The translations under genes were made by a program, and so were the position numbers. The notes below the pieces were generated by a model that searched no databases, was not told the DNA's origin, and worked only from the letters and a program-made list of their open reading frames with translations. This document shows, piece after piece, positions 12,374 to 22,582 of a DNA stretch of 64,000 nucleotides. The stretch comes from Actinobacillus sp. (GTDB lineage Bacteria; Pseudomonadota; Gammaproteobacteria; Enterobacterales; Pasteurellaceae). The stretch covers positions 6,087 to 70,086 of the forward strand of contig JAHHQX010000001.1 in the NCBI GenBank assembly GCA_020026155.1, written 5' to 3'. Within the stretch, counting starts at the first letter, position 1, and every line of letters begins with the position of its first letter.

Positions 12374-13483
12374 TTATTTTTGTGGATGGGCTAAGTGAAT
12401 GAGGTAATTAGCAAACGCGGTCCCTGTTTTCATATAGCCTTTAAAGTTAAGATGAACCCCATCTTGACTTGCCATTCCTTGGTGTTGGAATTGATACATC
12501 CCACATTGTCCGCCCATGGCATTACGCCATGACCATAATCTAAGATGGTATTTTTCTGCGATATTTTTTTGCATTTCCCATATCGCTTGTAACGTTGTCG
12601 GGACCTTACATTGAGATTTATCCAAATTCATTGGCGGTGCTTGGACTAAAATAATGGAAGTATTCGGTAAATCATGGCGAATTTTTTGTAATTGTTTCTG
12701 CCAATTTTGTGTTTCTTTATGAATATCCATTTGTGGATTAAAGGCTTCATTTGTCCCAAAAGCGAGCACAATTAAGTCTGGGTGAAGTTGTTTAAGCGTC
12801 GTCGTCCAGTTGGATTGCCACTTAGTTAAGCTTGATAATTTGGCGCCATTTACACCCAGATTCGAATACAGAACCCCTCTTTTTTGGTTTTCCAATTCTA
12901 TTTGCCCTAAGGATGTACCCGTATTCGCTGAAATTGAAAAAGGCAGATATCCTTTAAATTGTGTAAATTGCCAGTTTTCATTGGTTGGATGAAAGGAAAC
13001 AGAACGTTCTTTATCTTTAAAAACCAGTTTATCTTTAGGTGTGTTTGCTTTAAAAAATACGTGGATATTTTGTAAATAAGGATTGAGATGATAAGGGAAA
13101 ATTTCTGTTTCACTATCTGGTTCTTTTGCCACTGCCATAATGCCACCAAAGGGGGGCTTTTGTTTAGAAGCTGCACGATTTACAAAGCGTTGCCACCCCG
13201 TAGACACTTGATGCACACTAATATTCTGTTGTCCACTAATGTTAACGGGCGCGATTAGCCCAATCCCACCATTGCCAAAGTAGCTTTGTAGCCGTTTTCT
13301 TACTGCATAGGAAAAGAGATCTGCGGCTGTGTGAGAATCACCAATTTGAATAATTCTGACCTTTTGAATTTTGCCTTGCTTTAAATCATAAAGTTTATCT
13401 TGCCAAGGTTCATGGAGCGGTGTCGAACAACCTTCCAGTAGTGTTAAAGTAGTAAGACACACGAACATCCATCGCATTTTCAT
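12374..13483 (-). CDS. SGNH/GDSL hydrolase, Ape1-like candidate O-acetyl-peptidoglycan esterase; probable lipoprotein or secreted protein
   Basis: It has a signal peptide ending LLEGC, block I IQIGDSHTAAD, and a C-terminal DGVH (DxxH) motif. Its start overlaps the upstream stop (TAATG). Confidence 0.55.
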   Translation of the reverse strand: MKMRWMFVCLTTLTLLEGCSTPLHEPWQDKLYDLKQGKIQKVRIIQIGDSHTAADLFSYAVRKRLQSYFGNGGIGLIAPVNISGQQNISVHQVSTGWQRFVNRAASKQKPPFGGIMAVAKEPDSETEIFPYHLNPYLQNIHVFFKANTPKDKLVFKDKERSVSFHPTNENWQFTQFKGYLPFSISANTGTSLGQIELENQKRGVLYSNLGVNGAKLSSLTKWQSNWTTTLKQLHPDLIVLAFGTNEAFNPQMDIHKETQNWQKQLQKIRHDLPNTSIILVQAPPMNLDKSQCKVPTTLQAIWEMQKNIAEKYHLRLWSWRNAMGGQCGMYQFQHQGMASQDGVHLNFKGYMKTGTAFANYLIHLAHPQK

Positions 13484-14490
13484 TATTTAGACTCCTGAAT
13501 ATGAATATGCTCTAAAACGTAATTTGCCAGAATTTTCTGACCAAGCCAGGTAAAGTGTACGCCATCTTTTAGTCGTACTCGAGTGATTTTACCACGGTAT
13601 TGAATGGCAAGCTGATATTTATGGATGCCTGGATCGACTAACACCTCTTTAGTAGGTAAGAAAATGCCATAAGGTTGAACTTGATTTTTAATGACCTTAT
13701 CTAAGTAGCGCATTTCTTGATTAAGCGTCGGATTGCGCATGTAAGGAATACCTAACCATAATACTTTAACATTATGGGCTTTTGCTGCATTAAGGATGCG
13801 ATCAATTCGTGCTTCATAAACCTGTTGCCATTCAGGAGAATGGAATTTTAGATATGGACCGTGTTTACGGGCGGGGTTAGGAAAATTCCACGGGTCATTT
13901 GCACCGAGTAAAATCACAAGTAATTTGATATGCGGGTTTTGATTTAAAGTATCCTCGATAGTTTTTGGCCAATCAAAGAAATGAGGATAAGATAACCCAG
14001 TACTTTGTTGACTTAGATTCACGGTACGCATATTAAAGTTTTCGCGTAAATATTTTTGGATATGAGGGGCGATGGCTTGCATAAGAGAATCGCCAGCAAA
14101 AAATACCTGATCCTGCGAAGAAATGACAACATCATCTTCCGCCACCTTTTTCATTGTAGCAGGATGCAAAGAAGCTTTATTTGGTGATAAATGGGGTGTT
14201 TTTGTTACCGTATCGGTTTTGGTTTGTGTGGAATGATTAGCTTTATCAAAATCATAAACAGTTGTATTTTCAGGTATAAATCGCGTTAATCTTTGAGTTA
14301 AGTATGTGTTTACACGTGATCCGGTTTCGAACCATGCGTAAGGTAAATAGCGTTTCAATGGGCTTTCTTTGTGATAAGTTTGTTCCCAATAATGATTTAA
14401 CGAGGATTGATTAAGCCAAATAAGGACGAGTACGGTACAAAGTAGCGTAGTGTAAGTCGATAGCATGGCGAATTTTTTAGAAACCGGCAT
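13483..14490 (-). CDS. SGNH/GDSL hydrolase-fold protein, PatB-like candidate peptidoglycan O-acetyltransferase
   Basis: It has an N-terminal TM anchor, block I FFAGDSLMQ and a C-terminal DGVHFT. I placed the start at the ATG at 14490, which overlaps the end of the MBOAT gene by 14 nt. Confidence 0.55.
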   Translation of the reverse strand: MPVSKKFAMLSTYTTLLCTVLVLIWLNQSSLNHYWEQTYHKESPLKRYLPYAWFETGSRVNTYLTQRLTRFIPENTTVYDFDKANHSTQTKTDTVTKTPHLSPNKASLHPATMKKVAEDDVVISSQDQVFFAGDSLMQAIAPHIQKYLRENFNMRTVNLSQQSTGLSYPHFFDWPKTIEDTLNQNPHIKLLVILLGANDPWNFPNPARKHGPYLKFHSPEWQQVYEARIDRILNAAKAHNVKVLWLGIPYMRNPTLNQEMRYLDKVIKNQVQPYGIFLPTKEVLVDPGIHKYQLAIQYRGKITRVRLKDGVHFTWLGQKILANYVLEHIHIQESK

Positions 14491-15898
14491 AAATAAACCC
14501 TGGAATCCCTGATGGGGAAAAATAAGTAATAATGACAAACAATAAGGAAAAAATTAGTACCCAGAAAATTTTAGGAATAAATTCAAGGAAAGAAACGAAA
14601 GCATCAAATGTTTCTTCCAATACGGGATAAAAAACCATTAAAAATGCAATAAAGCCAAAAAATAATAAGGCGTATGAATTTACAATTCCATCATAAAAAT
14701 TATGGCAGAGAGCATAAATAATTAGGGAAAAATCATTTAGTTCAGTAGTTTTAAAAATCAGGAAACTAAAACTTACAAAGTTGAACGTAATGAAAATTCC
14801 GATAAATTTGCCAATTCGTGTAGTAGGGTAGGCAAAATTTTTCTGAGTGTGGAAAATTTTATTGACTAGATTTTGAAAAACGAGTGCGACACCGTGCAAT
14901 GCACCCCAGATAGCAAAATTTAGGCTGGCACCATGCCAAATACCAGATAAAAAGAAGGCAAGAAAAAGATTAAGTTGTTTTCTAAAGAAGCTTACCCGAT
15001 TTCCACCGAGTGGAATATAAATATAATCTCTTATCCACGTAGATAGACTAATGTGCCAACGGTTCCAGAAGTCCTGAATATTTACTGCACGTAATGGCAT
15101 TTTAAAGTTTATTGGCAGTTGAAAGCCTAATAACATGCCAATCCCAATGACCAAATCCGAGTATCCGGAGAAATCAAAGAAAAGTTGTAAAGTATAGCCA
15201 TAAATTGCCGCTAAAATATCTACACTATGATATTCCAGTGGATTTTCAAAAACCGGATTGACCACATAATTGGCAATATCTCCCGCAAACCACCATTTTT
15301 TTGCGATACCTAAAAGAATAAGACTACAGGCTAAAGCAGGGCGAATAATATGGCGTTTACTTCGCACCTGTTGCAAAAAACCCTGTTGTTCTCCAAATTT
15401 TGTTTTAAAACTATTTACACGCAGAATTGGACCTGCCGTGATGGTAGGAAAAAAACTAAAATGGAGGAGAGTTTCGTGGAAGTTAAGATCAGCGTTCTTA
15501 TCTTCATACAGGGTGACAAGATAGGCGATAGATTGGAAAACGTAATAAGACAAACCAAGGGGCATTAAAAAATCCATTTCTTCGCTCAAGCCAAATTTAA
15601 CGAGGAAAATTTTGAAAAAATCAAAATATTTAAAAATGGCTAGCACAGCAATAGCAGTAATGACGCCAAGACCTAAAAAAAATCTACGTATATTTTGGGA
15701 GGATGAACTAACAATTCCACGAGCGATAAAGTAAATTGCTGAAGAATAAACCAGTACAGTTAAAGCAAAATTTGGATCGGCGTAATACAGTAAAAAGAGG
15801 CTAGCAATAGTAAGTAGTGTGTTTTGAAATTTTCCGAGTAAATAAACGAGCCAAAAAACAAAAAAGAAAAGGAAAAATTCAATGGATAGAATATGCAT
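14477..15898 (-). CDS. MBOAT-family membrane-bound O-acyltransferase (AlgI/PatA/DltB-like)
   Basis: The 473-aa protein is polytopic. It carries the conserved MBOAT region FWNRWHISLSTWIRDYIYIPLGGNR and a downstream catalytic His (SGIWHGA). Confidence 0.75.
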   Translation of the reverse strand: MHILSIEFFLFFFVFWLVYLLGKFQNTLLTIASLFLLYYADPNFALTVLVYSSAIYFIARGIVSSSSQNIRRFFLGLGVITAIAVLAIFKYFDFFKIFLVKFGLSEEMDFLMPLGLSYYVFQSIAYLVTLYEDKNADLNFHETLLHFSFFPTITAGPILRVNSFKTKFGEQQGFLQQVRSKRHIIRPALACSLILLGIAKKWWFAGDIANYVVNPVFENPLEYHSVDILAAIYGYTLQLFFDFSGYSDLVIGIGMLLGFQLPINFKMPLRAVNIQDFWNRWHISLSTWIRDYIYIPLGGNRVSFFRKQLNLFLAFFLSGIWHGASLNFAIWGALHGVALVFQNLVNKIFHTQKNFAYPTTRIGKFIGIFITFNFVSFSFLIFKTTELNDFSLIIYALCHNFYDGIVNSYALLFFGFIAFLMVFYPVLEETFDAFVSFLEFIPKIFWVLIFSLLFVIITYFSPSGIPGFIYAGF

Positions 15899-15932
15899 AA
15901 ATGGATTTGTTTATTTAATAAAATAACAAGGA

Positions 15933-15962
15933 TAAAAAACCCTAAAACAAAGTTTAGGGTTT
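15933..15962 (-). terminator. Rho-independent terminator after grcA
   Basis: The stem is aaccctaaa / tttagggtt, followed by a T-run on the minus strand. Confidence 0.65.
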
Positions 15963-15980
15963 CAAATGCAAAACGTTAAA

Positions 15981-16364
15981 TTATAAGCTTTCAGTGAAAG
16001 TACGAGTGATTACATCACGTTGTTGTTCAGGTGTTAAAGAATTGAAGCGAACAGCATAACCTGAAACACGAATAGTAAGTTGAGGATATTTTTCTGGGTG
16101 TTTAACCGCATCTTCCAAAGTTTCACGACGTAATACGTTTACGTTTAAGTGTTGACCACCTTCTACTTTAACAGTTGGTGCAACATCTACTGGAAGTTCA
16201 CGATATTCAAATTGACCAAGATCTTTAATCGCAACGATTTGATCTTCTTTAAAGTCCTTTTTAGCTGCCAAGCAACGTGCTTCGCCTTTATCGCTATCTA
16301 GTAACCAAAATGAATTGATTAAAGCGTCATTTGCTGCTTGTGTGATTTGGATACCTGTAATCAT
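15981..16364 (-). CDS. grcA: Autonomous glycyl radical cofactor GrcA (YfiD)
   Basis: The 127-aa protein has the glycyl-radical motif [10 protein letters not shown] and the C-terminus RTFTESL. Confidence 0.95.
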   Translation of the reverse strand: MITGIQITQAANDALINSFWLLDSDKGEARCLAAKKDFKEDQIVAIKDLGQFEYRELPVDVAPTVKVEGGQHLNVNVLRRETLEDAVKHPEKYPQLTIRVSGYAVRFNSLTPEQQRDVITRTFTESL

Positions 16365-16553
16365 AGTATGTTCCTTAAGATTAAGTTATGAGAATTGTGA
16401 AAATTTTAGCGTTTTTTTTTAAATTTTCAAATTTTATTTATATAAAATAACGCTATAAATAATTTTATATTAACTAAAGTGGCGGTGGGCAATTTTGCAC
16501 TAGCATTTATAGAGGGATTCTTTATAATGACTCATTTAGTTTTTTAGAGAGAA

Positions 16554-17228
16554 ATGACTATGTTGACGTGGCACGATGTTTTAGGGGAAGAAAAATCAAA
16601 ACCTTATTTTCAAAATATTTTACAGTTTTTGGATAAAGAGCGTGCTGCTGGAAAGATAATTTATCCACCAAAACCTGATATTTTTAATGCGCTTAAATTA
16701 ACAAATTTTGATGATGTCCGTGTTGTAATTATTGGGCAAGATCCCTATCATGGCGCAGGGCAAGCACATGGATTATCTTTTTCAGTACAAAAAGGGATTC
16801 GCTTACCACCATCATTACAAAATATTTATAAAACCTTACAAAGGGATTATCCCGAGTTTCAGATTCCTAAAGACGGCGATTTAACTTATTGGGCTCAACA
16901 AGGTGTATTACTGCTCAATACCGTTCTTACTGTCGAAGCGGGGAAAGCACATTCTCATGCACAAATCGGTTGGGAAGACTTTACCGATAAAATAATTTCT
17001 GAACTTAATGAGAAAAAAGAAAATTTAGTCTTTTTATTGTGGGGATCGCATGCTCAGAAAAAAGGACAATTTATTGATCGCAACAAGCATTGTGTTCTAA
17101 CCTCTGTCCATCCATCACCACTTTCCGCTCATCGTGGTTTTTTCGATTGCGGGCATTTCAAAAAAACAAATGACTATCTACGCCAACACCAGTTACCTGA
17201 AATTGATTGGCAATTACCGATTGAATAA
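16554..17228 (+). CDS. ung: Uracil-DNA glycosylase
   Basis: The motifs [17 protein letters not shown] and HPSPLSA are present. Confidence 0.95.
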   Translation: MTMLTWHDVLGEEKSKPYFQNILQFLDKERAAGKIIYPPKPDIFNALKLTNFDDVRVVIIGQDPYHGAGQAHGLSFSVQKGIRLPPSLQNIYKTLQRDYPEFQIPKDGDLTYWAQQGVLLLNTVLTVEAGKAHSHAQIGWEDFTDKIISELNEKKENLVFLLWGSHAQKKGQFIDRNKHCVLTSVHPSPLSAHRGFFDCGHFKKTNDYLRQHQLPEIDWQLPIE

Positions 17229-17237
17229 GGATTATAT

Positions 17238-18017
17238 ATGTTAGCGATTATTTCGCCTGCAAAAACATTGGACTTTACGTCACCCATTCCGCATTGGAAA
17301 ACAACACAGCCACCATTTTTAGATCAAAGTGAAGCACTGATTGATGTTTGCCGTCAACTCTCACCACAAGAGATTGCGTCTTTGATGCATATTAGCGATA
17401 AATTAGCAGGTCTAAATGCTGCACGTTTTGGAGAATGGCAAAAAACACAGACTGAAACAAATGCACGCCCAGCAATTTACGCATTCAAAGGGGATGTATA
17501 CACGGGACTAGATGCAGAAACATTACCACCACAAGCTATAGAATTTGCACAGACACATCTTCGTATGCTTTCAGGGCTCTATGGATTACTTCGTCCGTTA
17601 GATTTAATGCAGCCTTATCGCCTAGAAATGGGAACCAAATTAGTCAATCCAAAAGGTAAAAATTTATACGATTTTTGGGGCGTGATGATTACAAATGCGT
17701 TGCAAGATGCACTTGATCAACAAGGTGATAGTGTGCTGATTAATCTTGCCTCAGATGAATATTTTAAAGCGGTTAAACCAAGCAAATTACAAGCTCGTAT
17801 CATTAAACCCGTCTTCTTAGATTACAAAAATGGCAAGTATAAAGTTATCAGTTTTTATGCAAAAAAAGCACGCGGTTTGATGTGTCGTTACATTTTAGAA
17901 AACGAATTAAGTGATCCTGAATCCCTCAAATTGTTTAATTCAGAGGGGTATTATTTTGAACCAAGCGAAAGTACTGACGATATGTGGGTATTTAAACGTG
18001 ATGGTATTGATGAATAA
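17238..18017 (+). CDS. yaaA: Peroxide stress protein YaaA (UPF0246)
   Basis: The N-terminus is [13 protein letters not shown], and the 259-aa protein is collinear with YaaA as I recall it. Confidence 0.9.
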   Translation: MLAIISPAKTLDFTSPIPHWKTTQPPFLDQSEALIDVCRQLSPQEIASLMHISDKLAGLNAARFGEWQKTQTETNARPAIYAFKGDVYTGLDAETLPPQAIEFAQTHLRMLSGLYGLLRPLDLMQPYRLEMGTKLVNPKGKNLYDFWGVMITNALQDALDQQGDSVLINLASDEYFKAVKPSKLQARIIKPVFLDYKNGKYKVISFYAKKARGLMCRYILENELSDPESLKLFNSEGYYFEPSESTDDMWVFKRDGIDE

Positions 18018-18035
18018 GTAAGCGGACGTTTCAAA

Positions 18036-18195
18036 AAAAGAAAAACCGCTACGAAGTAGCGGTAATAAGATTTACAATAGGATAAAATGAACAATAGAGT
18101 TGGAATGTTTTGAGAGGATCTAACTCTACCGAACAATATGCAAACACAACATTATACCTAACATTGAAAAGGGACGTTCTTCGTGTTAGGTACGG
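18036..18195 (-). ncRNA. gcvB: GcvB small regulatory RNA
   Basis: It is divergent from gcvA, as in enterobacteria. It contains the conserved GU-rich R1 seed GTTGTGTTTGCA (reverse complement of 18139..18150). It ends in the terminator hairpin accgctac/gtagcggt plus a T-run at 18038..18063. A sigma70-like promoter lies upstream. Confidence 0.8.
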
Positions 18196-18200
18196 TGAGT

Positions 18201-18229
18201 ATTTTAAGCAAAAGCATAACTACTCACAA
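18201..18229 (-). promoter_or_regulatory. Predicted gcvB promoter
   Basis: On the minus strand the -35 is TTGTGA (18229..18224), followed by a 17-nt spacer and the -10 TAAAAT (18206..18201). Confidence 0.55.
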
Positions 18230-18300
18230 AGGATAAAAATTGATTTTTTATATTAAAAAAACTAATCATTTTATAATGTTAAATAAGAAATGGATGACCT

Positions 18301-19200
18301 ATGTATAAACGTTTACCCCCTCTAAATTCTCTAAAAGCGTTTGAGTGTTCTGCTCGCCATCTAAGTTTTACCAAAGCAGCTGAGGAACTGTGTGTAACAC
18401 AGGCAGCAATTAGCCATCAAATTAAGTTGTTAGAAGATTTTTTGGGAATGCCTTTGTTTTATCGCAAAAATAGAACATTAGAATTAACTGAAACTGGAGT
18501 GCATTACTTTGCGGATATTAGTAAGATTTTCAATCGTTTAACAGAAGCGACCAAGAAAATTTTAACGCAAAACAATGATAGACATTTAGCGATTGCCGTA
18601 CCTCAAACTTTTGGTATGCAATGGTTGGTTCCACACCTTACTGACTTCCACAATACGCATCATAATATTGATTTACGCCTAAATGGTGTCGATCAAGATG
18701 AAGGATTCTTTAAGAATAATGAAACAGATCTCGCTATTTATTATGGCAATGGCGACTGGAAGCATTTGCAAGTAGAAAAATTAGTCGATGGGGAACTAAT
18801 TATTCTAGGCGCACCAAAATTGCTTGCATCAAAACCTGTCGAGCGAATTGAAGATTTATTAAACCATCAATTTATTCATATTCATGATTATCAAAACTGG
18901 CAAGATATGGCGAGTTATTTAGAATTAGATGGGCTTGATCTTCAACATGGCGCATTATTCAGCCATACCATTATGGCATTACAAGCGGCAAAACATGGAC
19001 AAGGACTGGTATTAGCCAATCGATCGCTCGCTCAGAAAGAAATTAATGATGGAAATCTAATTCGCGTATTACCACAAAAATCACTCCGTGATTCAAAATC
19101 ATTTTATATTGTAAATCAACTGGATAAGGCAAATAATGAACCAATTAATGCCTTTAAACAGTGGATTTTAGCCACTATTCGAAAGGAAAGGAATGAATAA
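18301..19200 (+). CDS. gcvA: LysR-family glycine cleavage system activator GcvA
   Basis: The N-terminal HTH LPPLNSLKAFECSARHLSFTKAAEELCVTQAAISHQIK is present. It neighbours gcvB and rlmM (ygdE), as in E. coli. Confidence 0.85.
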   Translation: MYKRLPPLNSLKAFECSARHLSFTKAAEELCVTQAAISHQIKLLEDFLGMPLFYRKNRTLELTETGVHYFADISKIFNRLTEATKKILTQNNDRHLAIAVPQTFGMQWLVPHLTDFHNTHHNIDLRLNGVDQDEGFFKNNETDLAIYYGNGDWKHLQVEKLVDGELIILGAPKLLASKPVERIEDLLNHQFIHIHDYQNWQDMASYLELDGLDLQHGALFSHTIMALQAAKHGQGLVLANRSLAQKEINDGNLIRVLPQKSLRDSKSFYIVNQLDKANNEPINAFKQWILATIRKERNE

Positions 19201-20278
19201 AATTATGCTTTACTGCCGCCAAGGCTTTGAAAAAGAAATGGCAGCAGAAATTATGGAAAAAGCCGCTACCTTAGGGGTAGCGGGATTTGCACGAGCGGTA
19301 GAAAATACCGCTTATGTTATTTTTGAATGTTATCAACCGAACGATGCAGATTTGCTTGCCCAAAAATTGCCAGTAAAAGAATTAATTTTTGCACGGCAAT
19401 TACTGGTTATTTCGGATTTATTGGAAGATCTCTCACCTGACGATCGTATCACACCAATAATAGAAGCATTTAAACAACTTCCTGCGCCTTTTGATCTTAC
19501 AAAAACCGATGATATTTGGGTGGAAAGTGCGGATACCAATGAGGCAAAATCGCTTTTAACTTTTTGTCGTAAATTTACTGTACCATTGCGTCAGGCACTC
19601 CGTAAAGCGGGAGCTTTACAAGCAAAAGTTGCGAAACACGCACGTACCTTACATGTATTTTTCTTGCGTAATAACGCATGTTATGTGGGGTACTCTTATA
19701 ACCAACAACATTCACCTTACTTTATGGGGATCCAACGCCTACGTTTTCCTGAAATGGCACCGAGTCGTTCCACTTTAAAACTTGAAGAAGCGATATTGAC
19801 ATTTTTCACACCCGAAGAAGAAAAAGCGCGGTTTAATGAAAATCAAATTGGTGTGGATCTTGGGGCATGTCCAGGTGGTTGGACTTATCAGCTCGTCAAA
19901 CGTGGTGTATTCGTTTATGCCGTTGATCATGGCAAAATGGCAGCAAGCCTTTTTGATACTGGACGCATTGAACATTGTCCTGAAGATGGATTTAAATTCC
20001 AACCACCAAAACGTAAACGCGTTAACTGGCTTGTGTGTGATATGGTAGAAAAACCAAGTCGTATTGCTGATCTTATGGCAAAATGGCTTGTTAATGGCTG
20101 GACGCAAGAAGCAATTTTTAATCTTAAATTGCCGATGAAAAAACGTTATCAAGAAGTTCAGCAATGTTTAGATAGTATCGCTAAACAATTGCAAGACGCG
20201 GGTTTTTCATTCCAAATTCAAGCAAAACAGCTTTACCACGATCGTGAAGAAATTACCGTTCATGCTCGCGTAAAATAA
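19193..20278 (+). CDS. rlmM: 23S rRNA (cytidine2498-2'-O)-methyltransferase RlmM
   Basis: It has a THUMP-like N-terminus (MLYCRQGFEKE) and the SAM-binding motif DLGACPGGWT. It overlaps the end of gcvA. Confidence 0.9.
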   Translation: MNKIMLYCRQGFEKEMAAEIMEKAATLGVAGFARAVENTAYVIFECYQPNDADLLAQKLPVKELIFARQLLVISDLLEDLSPDDRITPIIEAFKQLPAPFDLTKTDDIWVESADTNEAKSLLTFCRKFTVPLRQALRKAGALQAKVAKHARTLHVFFLRNNACYVGYSYNQQHSPYFMGIQRLRFPEMAPSRSTLKLEEAILTFFTPEEEKARFNENQIGVDLGACPGGWTYQLVKRGVFVYAVDHGKMAASLFDTGRIEHCPEDGFKFQPPKRKRVNWLVCDMVEKPSRIADLMAKWLVNGWTQEAIFNLKLPMKKRYQEVQQCLDSIAKQLQDAGFSFQIQAKQLYHDREEITVHARVK

Positions 20279-20279
20279 C

Positions 20280-20307
20280 ACGCCCCGATTTTCGGAAAAA
20301 TTTTTAC
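20280..20307 (+). repeat. Copy of the dispersed intergenic repeat
   Basis: The sequence is acgccccgattttcggaaaaatttttac, immediately after the rlmM stop. Confidence 0.6.
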
Positions 20308-20371
20308 TTGTCCTCATCAGGGAAGATTTCTATAATTTTCCCTGTACATAAAAACAGTGGAACAAAATCAC

Positions 20372-22561
20372 ATGGATATTTCAGATTTACTTGATGGGTT
20401 AAATGAGAAACAACGCGAAGCCGTTGCGGCACCGCTTGGTAATTATTTAGTACTTGCAGGGGCAGGAAGCGGTAAGACACGTGTACTCACACATCGCGTA
20501 GCATGGTTAATTGGTGTTGAAGATGTGCCAGAGAATCATATTATGGCAGTAACCTTTACGAATAAAGCGGCTGCTGAAATGCGTTCTCGTATTGAGCAGA
20601 CATTGCATCAAACTGGGAATGATCGCCAATTGTTTGGTATGTGGGTGGGCACTTTCCACAGTATTGCGCATCGAATTTTGCGTACCTACTACAATGATGC
20701 AAACCTGCCACAAGATTTCCAAATTCTTGATGCGGAAGATCAGCTTCGTCTAGTAAAACGATTAATGAAACTTCACGAATATGATGAAAAAGATTATCCC
20801 CACAAACAAGCGTGTTGGTTTATTAATCATCAAAAAGAAGAAGGACGTAGACCGAAAGATCTAGGCGTGGCGAAAGATCCGCATGAACGTACCTGGATTG
20901 AAATTTATCGCCTCTACCAAGAGGCATGTGACCGTGCAGGCTTAGTTGATTTTTCTGAATTACTCCTACGCGCCTATGAATTATGGAAAAATAATCCATT
21001 GATTTTACAACATTTCCAACGACGCTTTACACAAATTCTTGTGGACGAGTTCCAAGATACTAACTTCATTCAATACGAATGGATCAAATTACTTGCTGGG
21101 AATACGGGGAATGTGATGATCGTAGGTGATGACGATCAATCTATTTACGGCTGGCGTGGTGCAAAAGTAGAAAACATCCAATTTTTCTTGCGTGATTTTC
21201 CACAAGCACAAACCATTCGCTTGGAACAAAATTATCGTTCAACAGGCAATATCTTAAAAAGTGCCAACGAATTAATCTCTCACAATACGGATCGTCTGGG
21301 TAAAGAATTATGGACAGCGGATGGAGCGGGGGACCCCGTTGGTATTTATGCTGCCTTTAATGAATTAGACGAAGCTTTATTTGTGGCAACGCAAATTGAA
21401 AAATGGCGCGAAGAAAACGGAAAATTATCCGAATGTGCCATTTTGTATCGTAGCAATAGCCAATCACGCGTGCTTGAAGATGCCTTAATTAAGATGAAAA
21501 TTCCATATCGTATTTATGGAGGATTACGCTTCTTCGAACGCCAAGAAATTAAAGATGCTTTAGCTTATTTGCGTCTTATCGCGAATGTCCAAGATGACGC
21601 CGCATTTGAACGTGTCATCAACACACCAACGCGAGGGATTGGTGAACGGACAATGGATATTTTGCGTAATTTAACGCGTGAACGTCAAATTACCTTATGG
21701 CAAGCAATGGAAGTCGCGATTGAAGAACAATATCTAACAAGCCGTGCGGCGACATCCTTACTTCGTTTTGCTGAATTAATACAAAACTTGCGTACCGAAA
21801 CGCAAGGTATGACATTAGCTACGCAAACCGATTTCGTGATTAAACATTCTGGATTGTATGGAATGTATGAAAAAGAAAAAGGAGATAAGGGCGAAGTCCG
21901 TATTGAAAACTTAGAAGAATTGGTAACGGCGGCGAAAGAATTTGAAAAACCTGATGATGCAGAAGGCTTGAGTGATTTAACAGCATTCTTAACGCACGCT
22001 TCATTAGAAGCGGGAGAAGGACAAGCGGAGGCGCATCAAGACAGTGTACAAATGATGACATTGCATGCGGCGAAAGGGTTAGAATTTTCGCGAGTATTCA
22101 TCGTAGGCATGGAAGAAGGCTTATTTCCAAGTGGACGCTCTTTCGAAGAGGCGGGACGATTAGAGGAAGAACGCCGTTTAGCTTATGTGGGGATTACGCG
22201 AGCCAAAATTTTGCTAACATTATGCCATGCTGAAAGCCGACGTTTGTACGGTAAAGAAGAAATTCATCGCCGTTCTCGTTTTATTGAAGAATTACCACAA
22301 GAATGTCTACAAGAAATTCGATTGCGAGGCAAAGTAACGCGTGCTTACAATCAAAACGCAGTGGGTTCTATTAAAACCACCCCAATGCTGAATAGTTCTG
22401 AATGGAAAATGGGACAAAAAGTGCAGCATGCGAAGTTTGGAAAAGGTTCCATTATCAATATTGAAGGTAGTGGTGAGCACACGCGTTTACAAATTGCATT
22501 CCAAGGTGAAGGCATTAAATGGCTGATTGCAAAATTGGCAAAATTAGAAAAACTGAATTAG
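20372..22561 (+). CDS. uvrD: DNA helicase II UvrD
   Basis: The N-terminus MDISDLLDGLNEKQREAVAAP..LVLAGAGSGKTRVL is present, with the DEFQDT, QNYRS and VGITRA helicase motifs. I placed the start at the ATG at 20372 rather than the upstream GTG. Confidence 0.95.
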   Translation: MDISDLLDGLNEKQREAVAAPLGNYLVLAGAGSGKTRVLTHRVAWLIGVEDVPENHIMAVTFTNKAAAEMRSRIEQTLHQTGNDRQLFGMWVGTFHSIAHRILRTYYNDANLPQDFQILDAEDQLRLVKRLMKLHEYDEKDYPHKQACWFINHQKEEGRRPKDLGVAKDPHERTWIEIYRLYQEACDRAGLVDFSELLLRAYELWKNNPLILQHFQRRFTQILVDEFQDTNFIQYEWIKLLAGNTGNVMIVGDDDQSIYGWRGAKVENIQFFLRDFPQAQTIRLEQNYRSTGNILKSANELISHNTDRLGKELWTADGAGDPVGIYAAFNELDEALFVATQIEKWREENGKLSECAILYRSNSQSRVLEDALIKMKIPYRIYGGLRFFERQEIKDALAYLRLIANVQDDAAFERVINTPTRGIGERTMDILRNLTRERQITLWQAMEVAIEEQYLTSRAATSLLRFAELIQNLRTETQGMTLATQTDFVIKHSGLYGMYEKEKGDKGEVRIENLEELVTAAKEFEKPDDAEGLSDLTAFLTHASLEAGEGQAEAHQDSVQMMTLHAAKGLEFSRVFIVGMEEGLFPSGRSFEEAGRLEEERRLAYVGITRAKILLTLCHAESRRLYGKEEIHRRSRFIEELPQECLQEIRLRGKVTRAYNQNAVGSIKTTPMLNSSEWKMGQKVQHAKFGKGSIINIEGSGEHTRLQIAFQGEGIKWLIAKLAKLEKLN

Positions 22562-22582
22562 ATAAATTAACCAAGGATATTT

